Assembly: GCF_035084215.1 (NCBI RefSeq)
Contig: NC_090360.1
Location: forward strand, 10,292,001 to 10,356,000
DNA length: 64,000 bases
From: Heptranchias perlo
Lineage: Eukaryota
Reading direction: 5' to 3'
In this document: piece after piece, positions 12,681 through 26,100 of the stretch
How positions within the stretch are numbered: the stretch's first letter is position 1
How the letters are laid out: every line of letters begins with the position of its first letter
The notes under the pieces: model-generated
The model's input: the letters and a program-made list of their open reading frames with translations, nothing else
The model's database searches: none
Told to the model about the DNA's origin: nothing
Program-made: the position numbers and the translations under genes

Positions 12681-15324
12681 AATTTCATATTGGCCTGTGA
12701 CTTTTAGTTCCCATCAAAGTGAGGCATGTTAGCTCTGAGGACTGGTACGATTTTCTAATTCTCATACCCAGTTAGATACTTCAAGGTCATACATAGAATG
12801 GGTCAGATGCAGAGTAATAATTCCCAACCTCTGTCCTAACACTACCGCAGAAGAACAATTAGAAGGTGCACCGGTTTGAGATTTCTGTTTCTCACATAAG
12901 CCCATGTGCTTCTCTGATGAGTGAGAGCAACACTTTAGTGCTAAATTAAAAAATTGTGTTCTGGATTTATACCCTCCGAGTCTGGATTTAACTACCCGAA
13001 GTAATTTCACTCGGGATTCTTATAGAAAACATGGCAAGAAAAAAACTAATTTCGTTAATCTAGGCTGGATTCAAACCAATTCTACTAAATTTCAAGAAGC
13101 AATCTTTGCTTGACGCTATAGTGACATATGTCCCTCTATGCACTCTCTGCAGCACTGCTCTACAAGACAAGCGCTTGGTGTAAGTCACTTTTATCTACTG
13201 TTGTAATTTTGTTCTTGGTACATTTATTGTTCGTAAGTTCTGAATGCTTGTAGCTGAATAGAAAGAATATAGGGAGATTTTATACAAGTACATTACCTAA
13301 AATTGTGAAGCAACAGAGAACATAACAAAAATAATTTCCCCCTGTTGAGTTAAATAGAAAATTTGTTCCATAATAGTGTTAATTGTGTTCGTGTCAAGCA
13401 CAAGTTTGTATGAATGTGGAATGATGGATTGACTACCGAGCAATACCCCTTTGGTCCACAAGGCGACGCGGATAAACCTTTATTGGAAAGGTCCAGTAAG
13501 TGAGGTGAGAATTTATTTTGAGTTTTCGCTGTAGTCTTTACCTCGCTGCGCCGGTAATGATTTATTAAAACGTGTTTCCCCCATTTAAACAGAAGGTCGT
13601 TGAGTTTCAGAGTCACTTTCATCTTTCGATGCAGATTGAAATCCCTCATCAACAATAACACGGTTGTTCACAAGACGCTGCTTGAAATCCTGACAATTGT
13701 TTCTTCTGTTTTTCCCAGTTTGAAGAAATCTGCTGCAAACTTGCGCCGCAGTAATGACGTATTATCGGCGTACGACTTCCTGGAGGCAGTAATCTTACGC
13801 TGCTTTGGTTTGACATCAAACAGTATAAATCCAGTGCCATTTCATACCCAATTTGCAAAGTTCGCAGAGGGGCCACTGGAGCCCTCTGGACAATTTTCAG
13901 AAAGCTATCTATCTGACCTTAATTTAAATATTTAGAGAGTTTAGACTCCCCCATCTCCACTCTGTAAACAAGCGTTGGGGATATAGCTCTGGGGACGCCG
14001 GTACCCGGGCATATACAGGACATTTAACAGTTCCAGCCAGGAAGGAGCCAATAATGTACATGCATTGGTTCTGCCCGGCTGGAGCCTGAACTGCAGCGAC
14101 TGGTCTCAGCTTTTTGGCTGCAGTGTAAATGCACCCTGAAGTCAGTGGCGTGAGACCCCTGCTTCATTTCCTCGTGTTTACGTTATTTGTCACGAAGGGA
14201 ATTCTGGTGGAAACTCATAAGGTGATACAACTCCTGGAGAGGTCTGACCCTGTTCGGCCTTAATGCATTTGGGAGTCAGATTGGGACCAGTGTTCCAAGT
14301 TTTTGGCACTCAACCATTGTCGATCCTTGCTTCACAACGATGCAAAAGCCACAGTATAACTGCACCAAAAGTAGTGTTGTATAGTCCATAAGAAGAGCTT
14401 TTCCAGTAACTTTAGATATATAGATCGTAAATTAGAGGTGTTAACCTATTTAAAATAAATGGATTAATGCCTACACTACAACAGTAATGAAGTGAAAAGT
14501 GCTTCATTGTCTGTAAAGCGCTTTGGGATGTCCTGAGGTCGTGAAAGGCGCTGAATAAACGCAAATCTTTTTTTCCAGCCATAAAGACTTTCCTCTGTTG
14601 CAGTTTGCACTAATTTCTAAATATATTCAAAAAAGAACTCATCTTACAATTTTAATCTGTATTGTAAAGTGTAGTTAGCTAAAGGATCTTGTAATTTGCC
14701 TCTGCTTCAAGTGCTGCAAAATCAGGAACCCTAAGACCACTTGTATAAAGCGCCCACCTGTCCTCAGAGAGGAACTAATCAGACATGCACCGGGAGAGAC
14801 ACTTGGCTATAAAGTGTACTTGAAATCCTTCCCAAAGGACGTCATCAGAAGTAGATTTAATGTGTGGGGCTGGTAACTATTCTTGCCTTACAAAGTAAAA
14901 GGCACTATATAAAGACAAGCTAAAAGCCAAGAAGAATGATCTTTATACTATACAATAAGGAGTATGTGTATTTAGACCATATATAATAACCTGCAACTCT
15001 TAAAACGAAGATGCGTGTGCGAGAGGCGAGTATGTGGGGCTTTTAAGCTGTATTAAAAAGAGTATATGTTTATTCTATTTATTTTAGTTTAAAGGTTATA
15101 TATTCTTATTGTAGTGATTTTCGTTTCTCGATTAATTCTCTTGTTACTTATACTGAGATTCACTAAGCAATTTAAATATACACTAATAGTAAACATTTTT
15201 CATGAGATATGTTGGATCGAATTTGGGGTTTGGGTGACACGAACTGTTCTCTGTCGAACGAGAAAAGGACCTTAAGGCATCTTCTCTGACCCACCTTGCC
15301 TCTGGACGAGTCAAAACTTACGTC

Positions 15325-15418
15325 AGATAAGATTACTGGTAATGTGATTCGATATAATCTCAAATCGTGGATGCATCTGGTTGCGAAGACGAACGCATTG
15401 CCCGCATTTAAGTAATCA
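15325..15418 (+). promoter_or_regulatory. Putative LRIT2 proximal promoter with CRX/OTX-type sites
   Basis: AGATTA 15330, TATAATCT 15353-15360, TAATCA 15413, all within 90 bp of the ATG. Confidence 0.4.
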
Positions 15419-15524
15419 TGGACATGATTTGGAACATTTTCTGTCTTCTCCTCATCTGTTGTGCTAATCGAACGGTTGGATCCTGTGTGGCAGGGTGTTC
15501 TTGCAGGAATGATAGCTTTGGAAG
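15418..15524 (+). CDS. LRIT2: LRIT2 coding exon 1
   Basis: MDMIWNIFCLLLICCANRTVGSCVAGCSCRNDSFG(R); donor AAG|GTGAGA. Confidence 0.88.
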
Positions 15525-18500
15525 GTGAGAGTTAGGTTCCTACGGTTACTGAGTACCATTCCGTGAAGTTTGTGGATAGATATTTTAAATAAAGATCGTT
15601 TATATTTCTATTTTTTTTACAGGAGTTTGATTTGCATGACTTCCGCTTTGCGAAGAATACCAGAGAATATTCCACCAGATGTCACAAAAATCAGAATAGA
15701 AAATTCTCATTTGGCAGAATTACCTCGTGATGCATTTTCCACAGCTCGTGCCTTGGAAAACCTGTGGCTGAATTTTAATGACATTACACTCATGCATGCT
15801 AAGAGTCTGCAAGATCTGAAAAATCTGTCAGAGTTGCGACTACAGGGGAACAAATTGCGTTCAGTACCATGGACAGCTTTCCAGGACAGTCCAGCTTTGA
15901 CAATTTTGGATTTGAAGCACAATAGACTGGACGTTCTTCCAGAACACGCACTGAGGTATCTTACTAACTTGACCTATTTGGACATATCCTTCAATCAGCT
16001 TACAGTGATTTCTGGAGACGTGTTCTTAAACTGGCCCGTCTATCAGAGAACACAACGGCGTGAGGGTCGAGAAGAGAGTATCTCCAACGCTGTCCTGGCT
16101 CTCCATGACAACCCATGGCTCTGTGACTGTCGCCTTAAAGGTTTTGTACACTTCGTCAAATCCATCAGTCCCCCTATTATTCTGATGAATTCTTACCTAT
16201 CCTGTTCAGGCCCAGATTCCAGGGCAGGGAAATTTTTCTACGCAGTGGAACTGAAAAGTTGCTTTAAACCGTTAATCACGTCTGAGAACACGAACATTAG
16301 TGTTTCGATTGGAGAGAAGGTAAATTTATCATGTGAGGCTAAAGGAAATCCTACCCCTACAGTGTGGTGGACAAATGGTGTGAAGATAATTCGGAAATTT
16401 AATGGTATGGTAAACACGCTATTGCCACTATCTGAAAGTTAGACATTTTTTAAATTTTACAATAGCAATTGTTTGTAAAACTGTATTCTGACAAATGAAA
16501 GCCATAAAGTCTACCTGCTTTTTATGAGATGGCTTTTGAGTCTAACAGAAGTTTAATTTACAAATCATATAGTCATATATCTCGTGATTTATAAACGAAT
16601 TAAATTGTGGTTATTTACATGTATAATGCAAAATCTTGCATATAGTCTCACTTCCTGTAAATGTCACGCTCACTTCCTGCAATACTTTCCTGGGCACCTT
16701 TTGTTGGTAACACCCCTATTATAAAACAACAGTTCCTCTGACTCACCATGAGCAAAGCCTTGAGTATTCAGTAATATTGCTGCTCTGATGTTAAATTCTA
16801 CTGTACTATTGCACCTGCGCCATCACAAACCAGTAATGTTCTAACTAGTTCAGTTGCCTGCAGCACCATAACATCTCATGAAGAAAGATGAGGAAAATAT
16901 AGTTTGCATGCAACAAATGGTCAGGGGATGGATTGTAAACATTTGTGATGTTCTTTAACTGGTTTGAAATCAATTTACCATCATAGCGATGGAACATCTT
17001 CCTTTATTTTCAGGATAAATCAGGTAGCACTTTCATGACCATTGTACTACCAGTTTTGTGTCAACGCAAAGTGATTTCAGGTGCACAGCAACAGCAATTT
17101 CACTGTAACACGTTGGGAGTCAGAATTCCTTTTAATTTCTAAGTGCAGTTAAAGTGAGAATTGTGAGACCATCTGTAGTAGGTAGTCTTGTCTCATTTGG
17201 GCTTAGGACCTGGTGTAGTATAACTCCAACCCAGGGCAAAGTCAGATTTTAAAAGTATCCAAGCAGTCCAGTGGAGGGCTAAGGCACTTGTTAAAATCAA
17301 CATGTTAGGAGAGAGCCCAGACTCCCACCTGCTCTCTCATCACATTACAAATTAGGCACCCAGAAGGCTCAATCTGTGAAGCCAACCACACCTAAAGAGC
17401 CCTTTTTTGTTGCGCTCATTGTGACCTGCTATGATTGGTAGTAGAATGGATACAATGCAGTGAATGTCCTAACTAGCTAATTAATGAGTTGAGTAAAACT
17501 TATTTTTAAAAGAATGCAAGAATGTTGGAATGCAAAAGAAGACAATTCATCCTACCCAACTCACTTTGTCATCAAAGTCATGTTTCTGTACCTGATGTGA
17601 CCATATTTCATCTTCCTCTACTTGTTGCTGAATCATAAAATGAAATCTATTTTATTTATTTAGTCTGAGCAACATTACAGACCTAAATAAAAGTCACTCA
17701 GGAAGGCGGGGAGAATTGGAGGGATAGTTGTTCATGCACATATCCTGCCAGGCAGCTAAACAACAGTATTGATAGAGGCCCTGGAGCATGTGTTTCTCTT
17801 TATAATATTTGTTTTTGGGATGTGGGTGACACTGACAAGGCCATGTTTATTGGCCATCTGTAGTTGCCCTTAGAAGGTGGCGGTCCTTCTTGAAGCAGCA
17901 GAATTGCTTCTACTACTGAATGGTTTGCTAGGCTACCTCAGAGAGCATTAAGACTCGTCCATATATACTTTTGACCAGGAAGGGTGCCTGTGGGGAGACT
18001 CTTCAGGGAGTAAAGCGGGAAAAGAAATAAATGTTTAAAAAATGCATGTGATGGTTGTAAATGGTCCAATCGAAGTGGATTTGAACAATTGTGTCTCAGC
18101 ACAATTCCATATCACTTCTCAGTCTCCGAGAGATTGAATAGATGGTATAGAAAGTAGGAATAGGAATATTGCATTACTGCAGTAACAATGTTTTCTAAGG
18201 CTAAGCTACTTATCAGTGAAGTGGAATGAAGATCAACTGTTTATGGTCCATGCCATCCATGAGTTTGAAATGTTTCACTCTTAGCATGAATGCAAAGCAG
18301 GTAAAATGTTCACTTTTGTAGAACTGTGTTCCCTGCCCTTGACAATACACCCGTGCATTGAAAAAAATGTCTAATATTAATAAAATAATCCTTGAAAAAA
18401 AATGTAACTGTGTCATGTAATGCTCTATTCTGAGCTATTTAATTAAAGATGTGTTTTAGTTACCCTGAGCAAAAGGACATCCTGATTAGGAATTAAATGA

Positions 18501-19558
18501 AAAGCTGGTTCTTTTTTAAGGAAGCAATCTTGTTCTGGCTTAGCTGAAACTTTTTGAGGGAGGGGAAAAGACTGACCATACAGATAAGCTCCAAGGAAGC
18601 TTAAGACCCTTACCATTGTCATTTGACTCTTAATGTTTTTTCTTTGAGGTTATGGTGGGAATGTTGGCGATATACATTTTATTAAAACTAATGTTAATAT
18701 TTTGCAATTATGGAAATGATGTAAGTAAAACAAATCTTTGAATTAATTACAGTGACTTTCACAAATATTGATGAAGAAACAGTGAAATCAGAGCTGGTGA
18801 TTCCATCAGCACGTGGTACAGATGGAGGAAATTACATTTGCACTACTACTAACTATCTTGGAAACTCATCTGTGCAAATCATGGTGAAAATTTTAACTTC
18901 AGAAACTTTACCTATCCCATCATCCTTGTCCCCTTCATCCTCGGAAGAAGAGAATGTTTATATAGATGTTAGGATTGCAAAGCAGATGGTATATGGCATA
19001 ACCCTGGAGTGGTATGCAGCAACACAGAACCCTGCTGAGACCTGGTACACCCTGCACTTTGGGAAATTTGAAGATGCTAAATTGGAAACGATTTACATTG
19101 GACCAGGAGTAAATACTTATACAATTAATGATCTGTTTCCAGCAACAAAGTACAAGGTGTGTGTGGCACTGAGGAACCAGTCTCCGAAAAGAGGTCCATG
19201 CATTGTGTTTGTTACAGGCAGTGATATCAGTGAAATGGAGCAAAGAGAGAAACTCATTCACATTATAGTCATTGTATGTGCCATGGTTCTGGTAGTCCCA
19301 GCTGGAATGTATGCCTGCACGACAGATGCCCGTTTCAACTGCTTTGACAAATGTGGCAAGTTTTGTCGAAGACAAAGACGAGGAAAGAAAACACTGAAGA
19401 GAGGAGCACGGGATGTCACCTTTGATAGTTTGCAGACAAGCAGCGATGCTGAACTCTGCAACAGGAACTCCAAGGAAGACAGGACAAAAAGTAAAAAATC
19501 AGATGACAAAACTCACATGGACAAAACAGAGCACAAGAATAGTGATGAATTGTATTAG
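15418..19558 (+). CDS. LRIT2: LRIT2, leucine-rich repeat, Ig-like and transmembrane domain protein 2; join(15418..15524,15623..16404,18753..19558), 564 aa
   Basis: Signal peptide-CVAGCSC-DSFGRSLIC, LRRs, LALHDNPWLCDC, Ig, FN3, TM. The 3-exon layout and position between LRIT1 and CDHR1 match LRIT2; 1695 nt in frame. Confidence 0.93.
15623..16404 (+). CDS. LRIT2: LRIT2 exon 2 (LRRs, LRRCT, Ig half)
   Basis: Poly-T ACAG acceptor; 782 bp; donor ATG|GTATGG. Confidence 0.93.
18753..19558 (+). CDS. LRIT2: LRIT2 exon 3 (Ig end, FN3, TM, tail)
   Basis: TTACAG acceptor; DGGNYICTTTN, PATKYKVCV, TM LIHIIVIVCAMVLVVPAGMYAC; ends NSDELY*. Confidence 0.93.
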
Positions 19559-21709
19559 GCAAAACCATTATTAGCTTTTTGTAATCAAAACTTATTTATC
19601 CACCAGTGGATATTTAATAATTAGGGCTGAATGCCCTGAATATTGCACATTTGTTGACAATATGGCACAGTTATTGTGGTCTGAGTTAAAACACAGCTAT
19701 CTTGTTATTGCCATCTATAGACTCTATTGGGGTTTAGACCAATAGCCAATAACAAGCAAAGTAAAAATCTTATATATGCTAGCTGATCTGTGGTATCGGA
19801 CATGAGGGATTAACAGCAAGTGTCATCTTCAGATGAAGTGGGATTAGAGGATGGGATATAATTTGAGCAGGCATAATTCAGTCCCCACTTTAAAGGTTTT
19901 AATATAACATTTTGATTTGATATTATTTATAAATAGAAACACTTATGGCAAGTTGGGAAGCAGAGAAGTAGAGTTGGTTGGAGTCTGAGTTTCTCTGCAG
20001 TACAAGCTGAGGAGCTGGCAGATGTAGAACTGATGGGCTACAGTGCCATCACTGGTGGGAGGATGTAATTCTAATGTGATAAGTTTACATAGGCAGTTTC
20101 AATTATAAGTGCAGAGATAGAAATTCATAACAGATTGCATGCAGATGTAAGATTTTTGATATTTATAGATATATTTATTATGTTATTTGTTTCCTATCAA
20201 ATGATTGACTTTCTCACTGTCACTGGATAATCTTAGTAATATTTTGCTGTGATACAAAGGCATCTGGTCAAATGCAACTAAAAGGAATTTTCACTCAAAA
20301 CACAAACTTTTTCTTTTCCTATTCAATGAAAAACATTCAGGAAGATGAGGATGTGTTGATAGTGCTGAATGTTGATCAGGAATGTACTGTAAAATAATTA
20401 ACAAAAGAAATTGGTTTCAGAATATGCTTGTAAACAAAAAAAAAATAATAAAGACAGCCAGCGTTTGAAAAACATTTTAAAAGTTACTCATTACATCCTG
20501 AATAGAAATGTTTTCATCAGAAACTGGTAACCCAATTTTTGATTAGGTTAATCTAATCCTAGGAATAAAATCAACCTTTGGTATAGATCCAGTCAAAGGG
20601 AGCAAGGGAGAGCTGTGCCTTGCCAGCAACCGCATAATACAGCAGAGAAACAAACAATGAAGAATCAGAGACGGAGCGTGGAGTCTACTAATAAGTACAG
20701 CATGCAAAGAACAGCCAAGTGATTGACATGAATCTCTGATCACCCAATAGTCAGAAAGAGAAGGCAATCAGGATGATCGAATCACTGTTTGGTAAAAAAG
20801 ATGAGACTAGAGAATCTATGTTCATCTGGGATCAAAATGAGAAAGTTAAGATTAATGAATCATAGGTCATAAAAGCAAGACAATTGAATGTGGGGGGAGG
20901 GGGAGGGGGTGGTGGGTGGAGAGAGAGACAGATACTGCAGAGGAAGGATGGAAACAAATGCTGAAACAGAATGCGGAATTTCCATTAGAACTAGCCAGAC
21001 TCATACCAGAAGGTCGAAGCGCCTAATTGCCCACATAGCTGAGCAGAAGAGGATAACCTGAAGGCTGGCAATTGCCCAACTTTGCCCTGTTGGCAGTTGG
21101 ATCCTCGGTTCACTGCCAGTGGTAATTGTCTTTCCAAGAAGAAATCGGCAGCCATTCAAACTTTCTTAGCATCTAAAATTGCAGTTGCTTTGCTGGCCAT
21201 TATAAAGTACACGGAACACTCATATAAAATAACATAATTTAAACATATAATATTTGAATTAATAAAATGAAATGAATTGAGTATCTAAAGATGGAAGAAA
21301 GCTCTCCCAATGGCTCAGTGAGTATTTAAACAAACAGAGCAGGCAGGTCTTACACTAAATCTTGTGCTTGTAGTTGATCTCATTACAACTGCTTTCAACT
21401 GCTTTCAACACTCTTGTGTTGGGGGTGAGGGGGGAGGCGGTGAGGAGAATTGGCCACACAATCCTCAAACTTCTGATGAAAATGCTTGTGTTTGGACATC
21501 AAATGACATGTTCGGACTTGGCTGTGATGCCTGCAATAGCGGAAGAGCCTGGCAACACCATTTTGACAAGGCATTACACATAATGATGAGGTACAAGATG
21601 GTCTGAGGAACCATACTCCAGCAAGGCGTAAACTCCAGCAAGGCATAAACTCCTTCAGGAGATAAGGAAGGGGAAGAACTGACAAGCAAAAAAAAAATTC
21701 AAATAAATA

Positions 21710-23606
21710 AGGAAAGTTCAGAGGGGAAGTGAAAAAGGAAATAAGAGGGGCAAAGAGAGAGTATGAGAATAGACTGGCGGCCAACATAAAAGGGAATCCA
21801 AAAGCCTTCTATAGGCATGTAAACAGTAAACAGATAGTAAGAGGAGGGGTGGAGCCGATTAGGGACTAAAAAGGAGATCTACTCATGGAGGCAGAGGGCA
21901 TGGCCAAGGTACTAAATGAGTACTTTGCATCTGTCTTTACCAAGGAAGAAGATGCTGCCAGAGTCTCAGTAAAGGAAGATGTAAGTGAGATACTGGATGG
22001 GCTAAAAATTGATGAAGAGGAGGTACTAGAAAGGCTAGCTGTACTTAAAGTAGATAAATCACCTGGTCCAGATGGGATGCAACCTAGGTTGCTGAGGGAA
22101 GTAAGGGTAGAAATTGCGGAGGTACTGGCCATAATCTTCCAAACATCCTTAGATATGGGGGTGGGGCAAGAGGACTGGAGAATTGCAAATGTTACACCCT
22201 TGTTCAAAAAAGGGTGCAAGGATAAACCCAGCAACTACAGGCCAGTCAGTTTAACCTTGGTGGTGGGGAAATTTTAGAAACGATAATCCGGGACAGAATT
22301 AGCAGTCACTTGGACAAGTGTGGATTGATTAGGGAAAGCCAGCACGGATTTGTTAAAGGCATTTTGTGTTTAACCAACTTGATAAAGTTTTTTGATGAGG
22401 TAGCAGAGATGGTAGATGAGGGCAATGTAGTTGATGTGGTATACATGGACTTTCAAAAGGCATTTAATAAAGTGCCGCATAATAGGCTTGTTATCAAGAT
22501 TGAAGCCCATGGAATAAAAGGGGCAGTAGCAGCATGGGTACAGAATTGGGTAAGTAACAGGAAACAGAGAGTAGTGATGAACGGTTGTTTTTCGGACTAG
22601 AGGGAGGTGTACAGTGGTGTTCCCCAGGGGTTGGTACGAGGACCTCTGCTTTTCTTGATATATATTAATGACTTGGACTTGGGTGTACAGGGCACAATTT
22701 CCAAATTTGCGGATGACACAAAACTTGGAAGTGTAGTGAACAGTGAGGAGGATAGTGAAAAACATACATTCAAGGCTGGTGGCATGGGAGGACACGTGAC
22801 AGATGAAATTTAATGCAGAAAAATGCATTTCGGTAGGAAGAATGAGGAGAGGCAATATAAACTAAAGGGCACAATTCTAAAAGGGGTGCAGGAACAGAGA
22901 GACCTGGGAGTATATGTATACAAATCATTGAAGGTTTCAGGGCAGGTTGAGAAAGGGGTTAAAAAAGTATACGGGATCCTGGGCTTTATAAATAGAGGCA
23001 TAGTGTACATAAGCAAGGAAGTCATGATGAACCTTTATAAAACATTGATTCGGCCACAACTGGAGTATTGTATCCAGTTCTGGGCACCGCACTTTAGGAA
23101 GCATGTGAGGCCTTAGACAGAGTGCAGAAGAGATTTACTAGAATGATTCCAGGGATGAGGGACTTCAGTTACGTGGATAGACTGGAGAAGCTGGGGTTGT
23201 TCTCCTTGGAACAGAGAAGGTTGAGAGGAGATTTGATAGAGGTATTCAAAATCATGAAGAGCCCAGACAGAGTAGATAGAGAGAAACTGTTCCCATTGGC
23301 GGAGGGCTCAAGAACCAGAGGACATACATTTAAGGTGATTGGCAAAAGAACCAAAGGTGACATAAGGAAAAACTTTTTTACACAGCGAGTGGTTAGGATC
23401 TGGAATGCACTGCTCGAGGGTGTGGTGGAGGCAGATTCAATCATGGCCTTCAAAAGGGAACTGGATAAACACTTGAAGGGAAAAAATTTGCAAGGCTACG
23501 GGGGAGTGGAACTACCTGGATTGGTCTTGCATAGAGCCGGCATGGACTCGATGGGCCGAATGGCCTCCTTCCGTGATGCAAACTTGCTATGATTTTATGA
23601 TTCTAT
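21710..23606 (+). mobile_element. 5'-truncated CR1 LINE (about 1.9 kb), ORF2 reverse transcriptase disrupted by stops and frameshifts
   Basis: KSPGPDG, NYRPVSLT, QHGF, YMDFQKAF, SGVPQG, FADD, RPQLEYCIQFWAP; 3' CTATGATT repeats; possible TSD AATAAATA (21702/23607). Confidence 0.95.
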
Positions 23607-24625
23607 AATAAATACGCACATAAATAATTAAAACATAAGAGGAAGAGAAAGTGTGAATAAAACTAAATTTAAATCACTGATGGAATCCTGTGATATTAAA
23701 CTGAGAATACTGACTCAAATAAAAAGAATTTCAAGGACAGTATGTTGGCAAAACTTTGTTGTATTTAAAGATACCTAGTTTTACCTGGACAAATGAGAAT
23801 GTTCTCCTTCAGAGAAATTTGACTCAAAATTGATGATGATTAAAATATCAACAGTGTTGATGTGATATTTAGATTTTTATTAAATGGTATGCACAGTTTA
23901 AATGGAGTCTGACTAAAATCAATTTGCATCAAATGATAGTATTATATAAGAGCAGCATATTGAGATAAAAGGGCACAGAAGCTGCTTACATGGTCTCAAC
24001 TCACTGATCCAACATCAACTAAAATGTAGGTTATATCCGGATTAAAGTTCTGCGTAGTGCACTTCAGGCATTTGTTCTAGGTTTGTACCGTGGGGATACA
24101 GTGACTGAAGCATTTTAATATAGCATGAGCCAGTTAACAGGCACCTGGTCTGCTGGTTGTAACATTTAGTTGTAGGTAAGGTTTGCTCAATTGCAGTGAT
24201 CCAGTCCTTGTACCGATTGTAGGTTATAATAAGTTGACAAAAGTTGTTGCATCTTGTCTAAAAATCGTAGACTGCAGCAAGTCTGATCCATTGCGGGATC
24301 AAAAGGTGCATGTCCTTTTAAGTAAATGAAGCATAGCTGCTGATTTTTCTAGTCTTGTTAATATAGCAGATCCACTTGTACAGAACACAGAGTAAACTCT
24401 GCTCATCATCTTAGAATTTTGCTGTTGGGTATGGATTAGTTCTTGAGTATCTGAGTACATAGTGACCAGTTTTAATTTTCTCTGTTTCTCCCTCCCTTTC
24501 TGTAATTCTAAATTCTCACTTATGGACGACCTAATGATATATCTTTGCCATTGCCCTGCTGCATGGCAAAATGAGTTGTAAATCTTACATACAATCAGAA
24601 GATAGATATGCATAAATTCAATTGC

Positions 24626-25178
24626 TTTTTTTTTTATTCGTTCATGGGATGTGGGCATTGCTGGCAAGGCCACTATTTATTGCCCATCCCTAATTGAAGG
24701 TGGTGGTGAGCCGCCTTCTTGAACCGCTGCAGTCCGTGTGGTGACGGTTCTCCCACAGTGCTGCTAGGTAGGGCGTTCCAGGATTTTGACCCAGCGACAA
24801 TGAAGGAACGGCGATATATTTCCAAGTCGGGATGGTGTGTGACTTGGAGGGGAACGTGCAGGTGGTGTTGTTCCCATGTGTCTGCTGCCCTTGTCCTTCT
24901 AGGTGGTAGAGGTCGTGGGTTTGGGAGGTGCTGTTGAAGAAGCCTTGGCGAGTTGCTGCAGTGCATCCTGTGGATGGTACACATTGCAGCCACATTGCGA
25001 TGGTGGTGAAGGGAGTGAATGTTTAGGGTGGTGGATGGGGTACCAATCAAGCGGGCTGCTTTGTCCTGCATGGTGTTGAGCTTCTTGAGTGTTGTTGGAG
25101 CTGCACTCATCCAGGCAAGTGGAGAGTATTCCATCACACTCCTGACTTGTGCCTTGAAGATGGTGGAAAGGCTTTGGT
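24626..25178 (-). mobile_element. CR1/L2-superfamily LINE 3' fragment (second family); tails also at about 86-140, 17805-17895, 58233-58355
   Basis: IFKAQVRSVMEYSPLAW...QDKAARLIG...SKSWNALP; 3' GGGCAATAAAT...CCCACATCCCATGAACGAAT followed by polyA. Confidence 0.85.
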
Positions 25179-25189
25179 AGAGGCCACCT

Positions 25190-25545
25190 GCCTCTACATA
25201 CAAAAAATATCCCAAGGTGCTTCACAAAGGCTTGGGAATAATTGGCACTGTGTTAAAGAAGGAGGGGTGACCAAAGACTTGGTCAAAGAGGTGGATTTTA
25301 AGGAGCACCTTAAAGGAAGAGAGAGTTGTGGCAAAGCATAGGTGCTTTACGAGGGGATTCCAGAAAGTGGGATGTAAGTGGCTGAAATCACAGTCAGCAG
25401 TAGTATCGCAAAAGGAGGAGGGGAAAGAAAGGCTGGAGTTAAAGGAACAGAGCCTTTTGGGGGGGTGGGGGGAGCAGGGGGGGTAGGGTTATAGTGCTGG
25501 AGAAGGTTATGGAGATAAGGTTAATGAGGCCAGAGAGGGAGTTAA
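25190..25545 (-). mobile_element. L2-like LINE 3' fragment
   Basis: Reverse complement of the 3' end of 52125-53315 (TTGGTCAAAGAGGT, TTTAAGGAGC). Confidence 0.6.
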
Positions 25546-26100
25546 AAGACAAATAGAGATATGGAGAAAAAAAACTTTGAGACGAAATCATTCAGGCCTC
25601 ACAGAAATTGCAATGCTATCATTCCCAATTACTTCTTCACTTTTTTGCAATTATTTGGCAAACCATTACTGTCACATTAACCATAATGAGCATATGTATA
25701 AAAAAAATGTGATAAATAAATGGACTTGGAACATGGGCCCCACAGTGTGCTAAAATGGATGGAGTTAATCTTCAGGATGTTAAATGGAAGTTAATCTGCT
25801 CCTGACAGTCTGCTGAAATCAGCCCAGATTAATGGAACAAAAGCCTCTTCTGCCTGCTGCCTGTAAAGGTCTGAAGTGAAATGACTTTGGCAGTCTCAAC
25901 CTTGTTCTTATTAATATGAGGCAACATTGGCACTCATTTGGCAGCAAAGATGGTGTGTTGCAATTATGCCTTTGAAGCAATGGGGGATTCTGTAGGATGA
26001 TTCTGGATGGTTGAATTAAAATGGGCCGAATGGCCTCCCTTGTCTGTAATTATCTTGTGAACTTATAAACTTGAAAATCAGGGACAGGTCCTAAAAGTCA

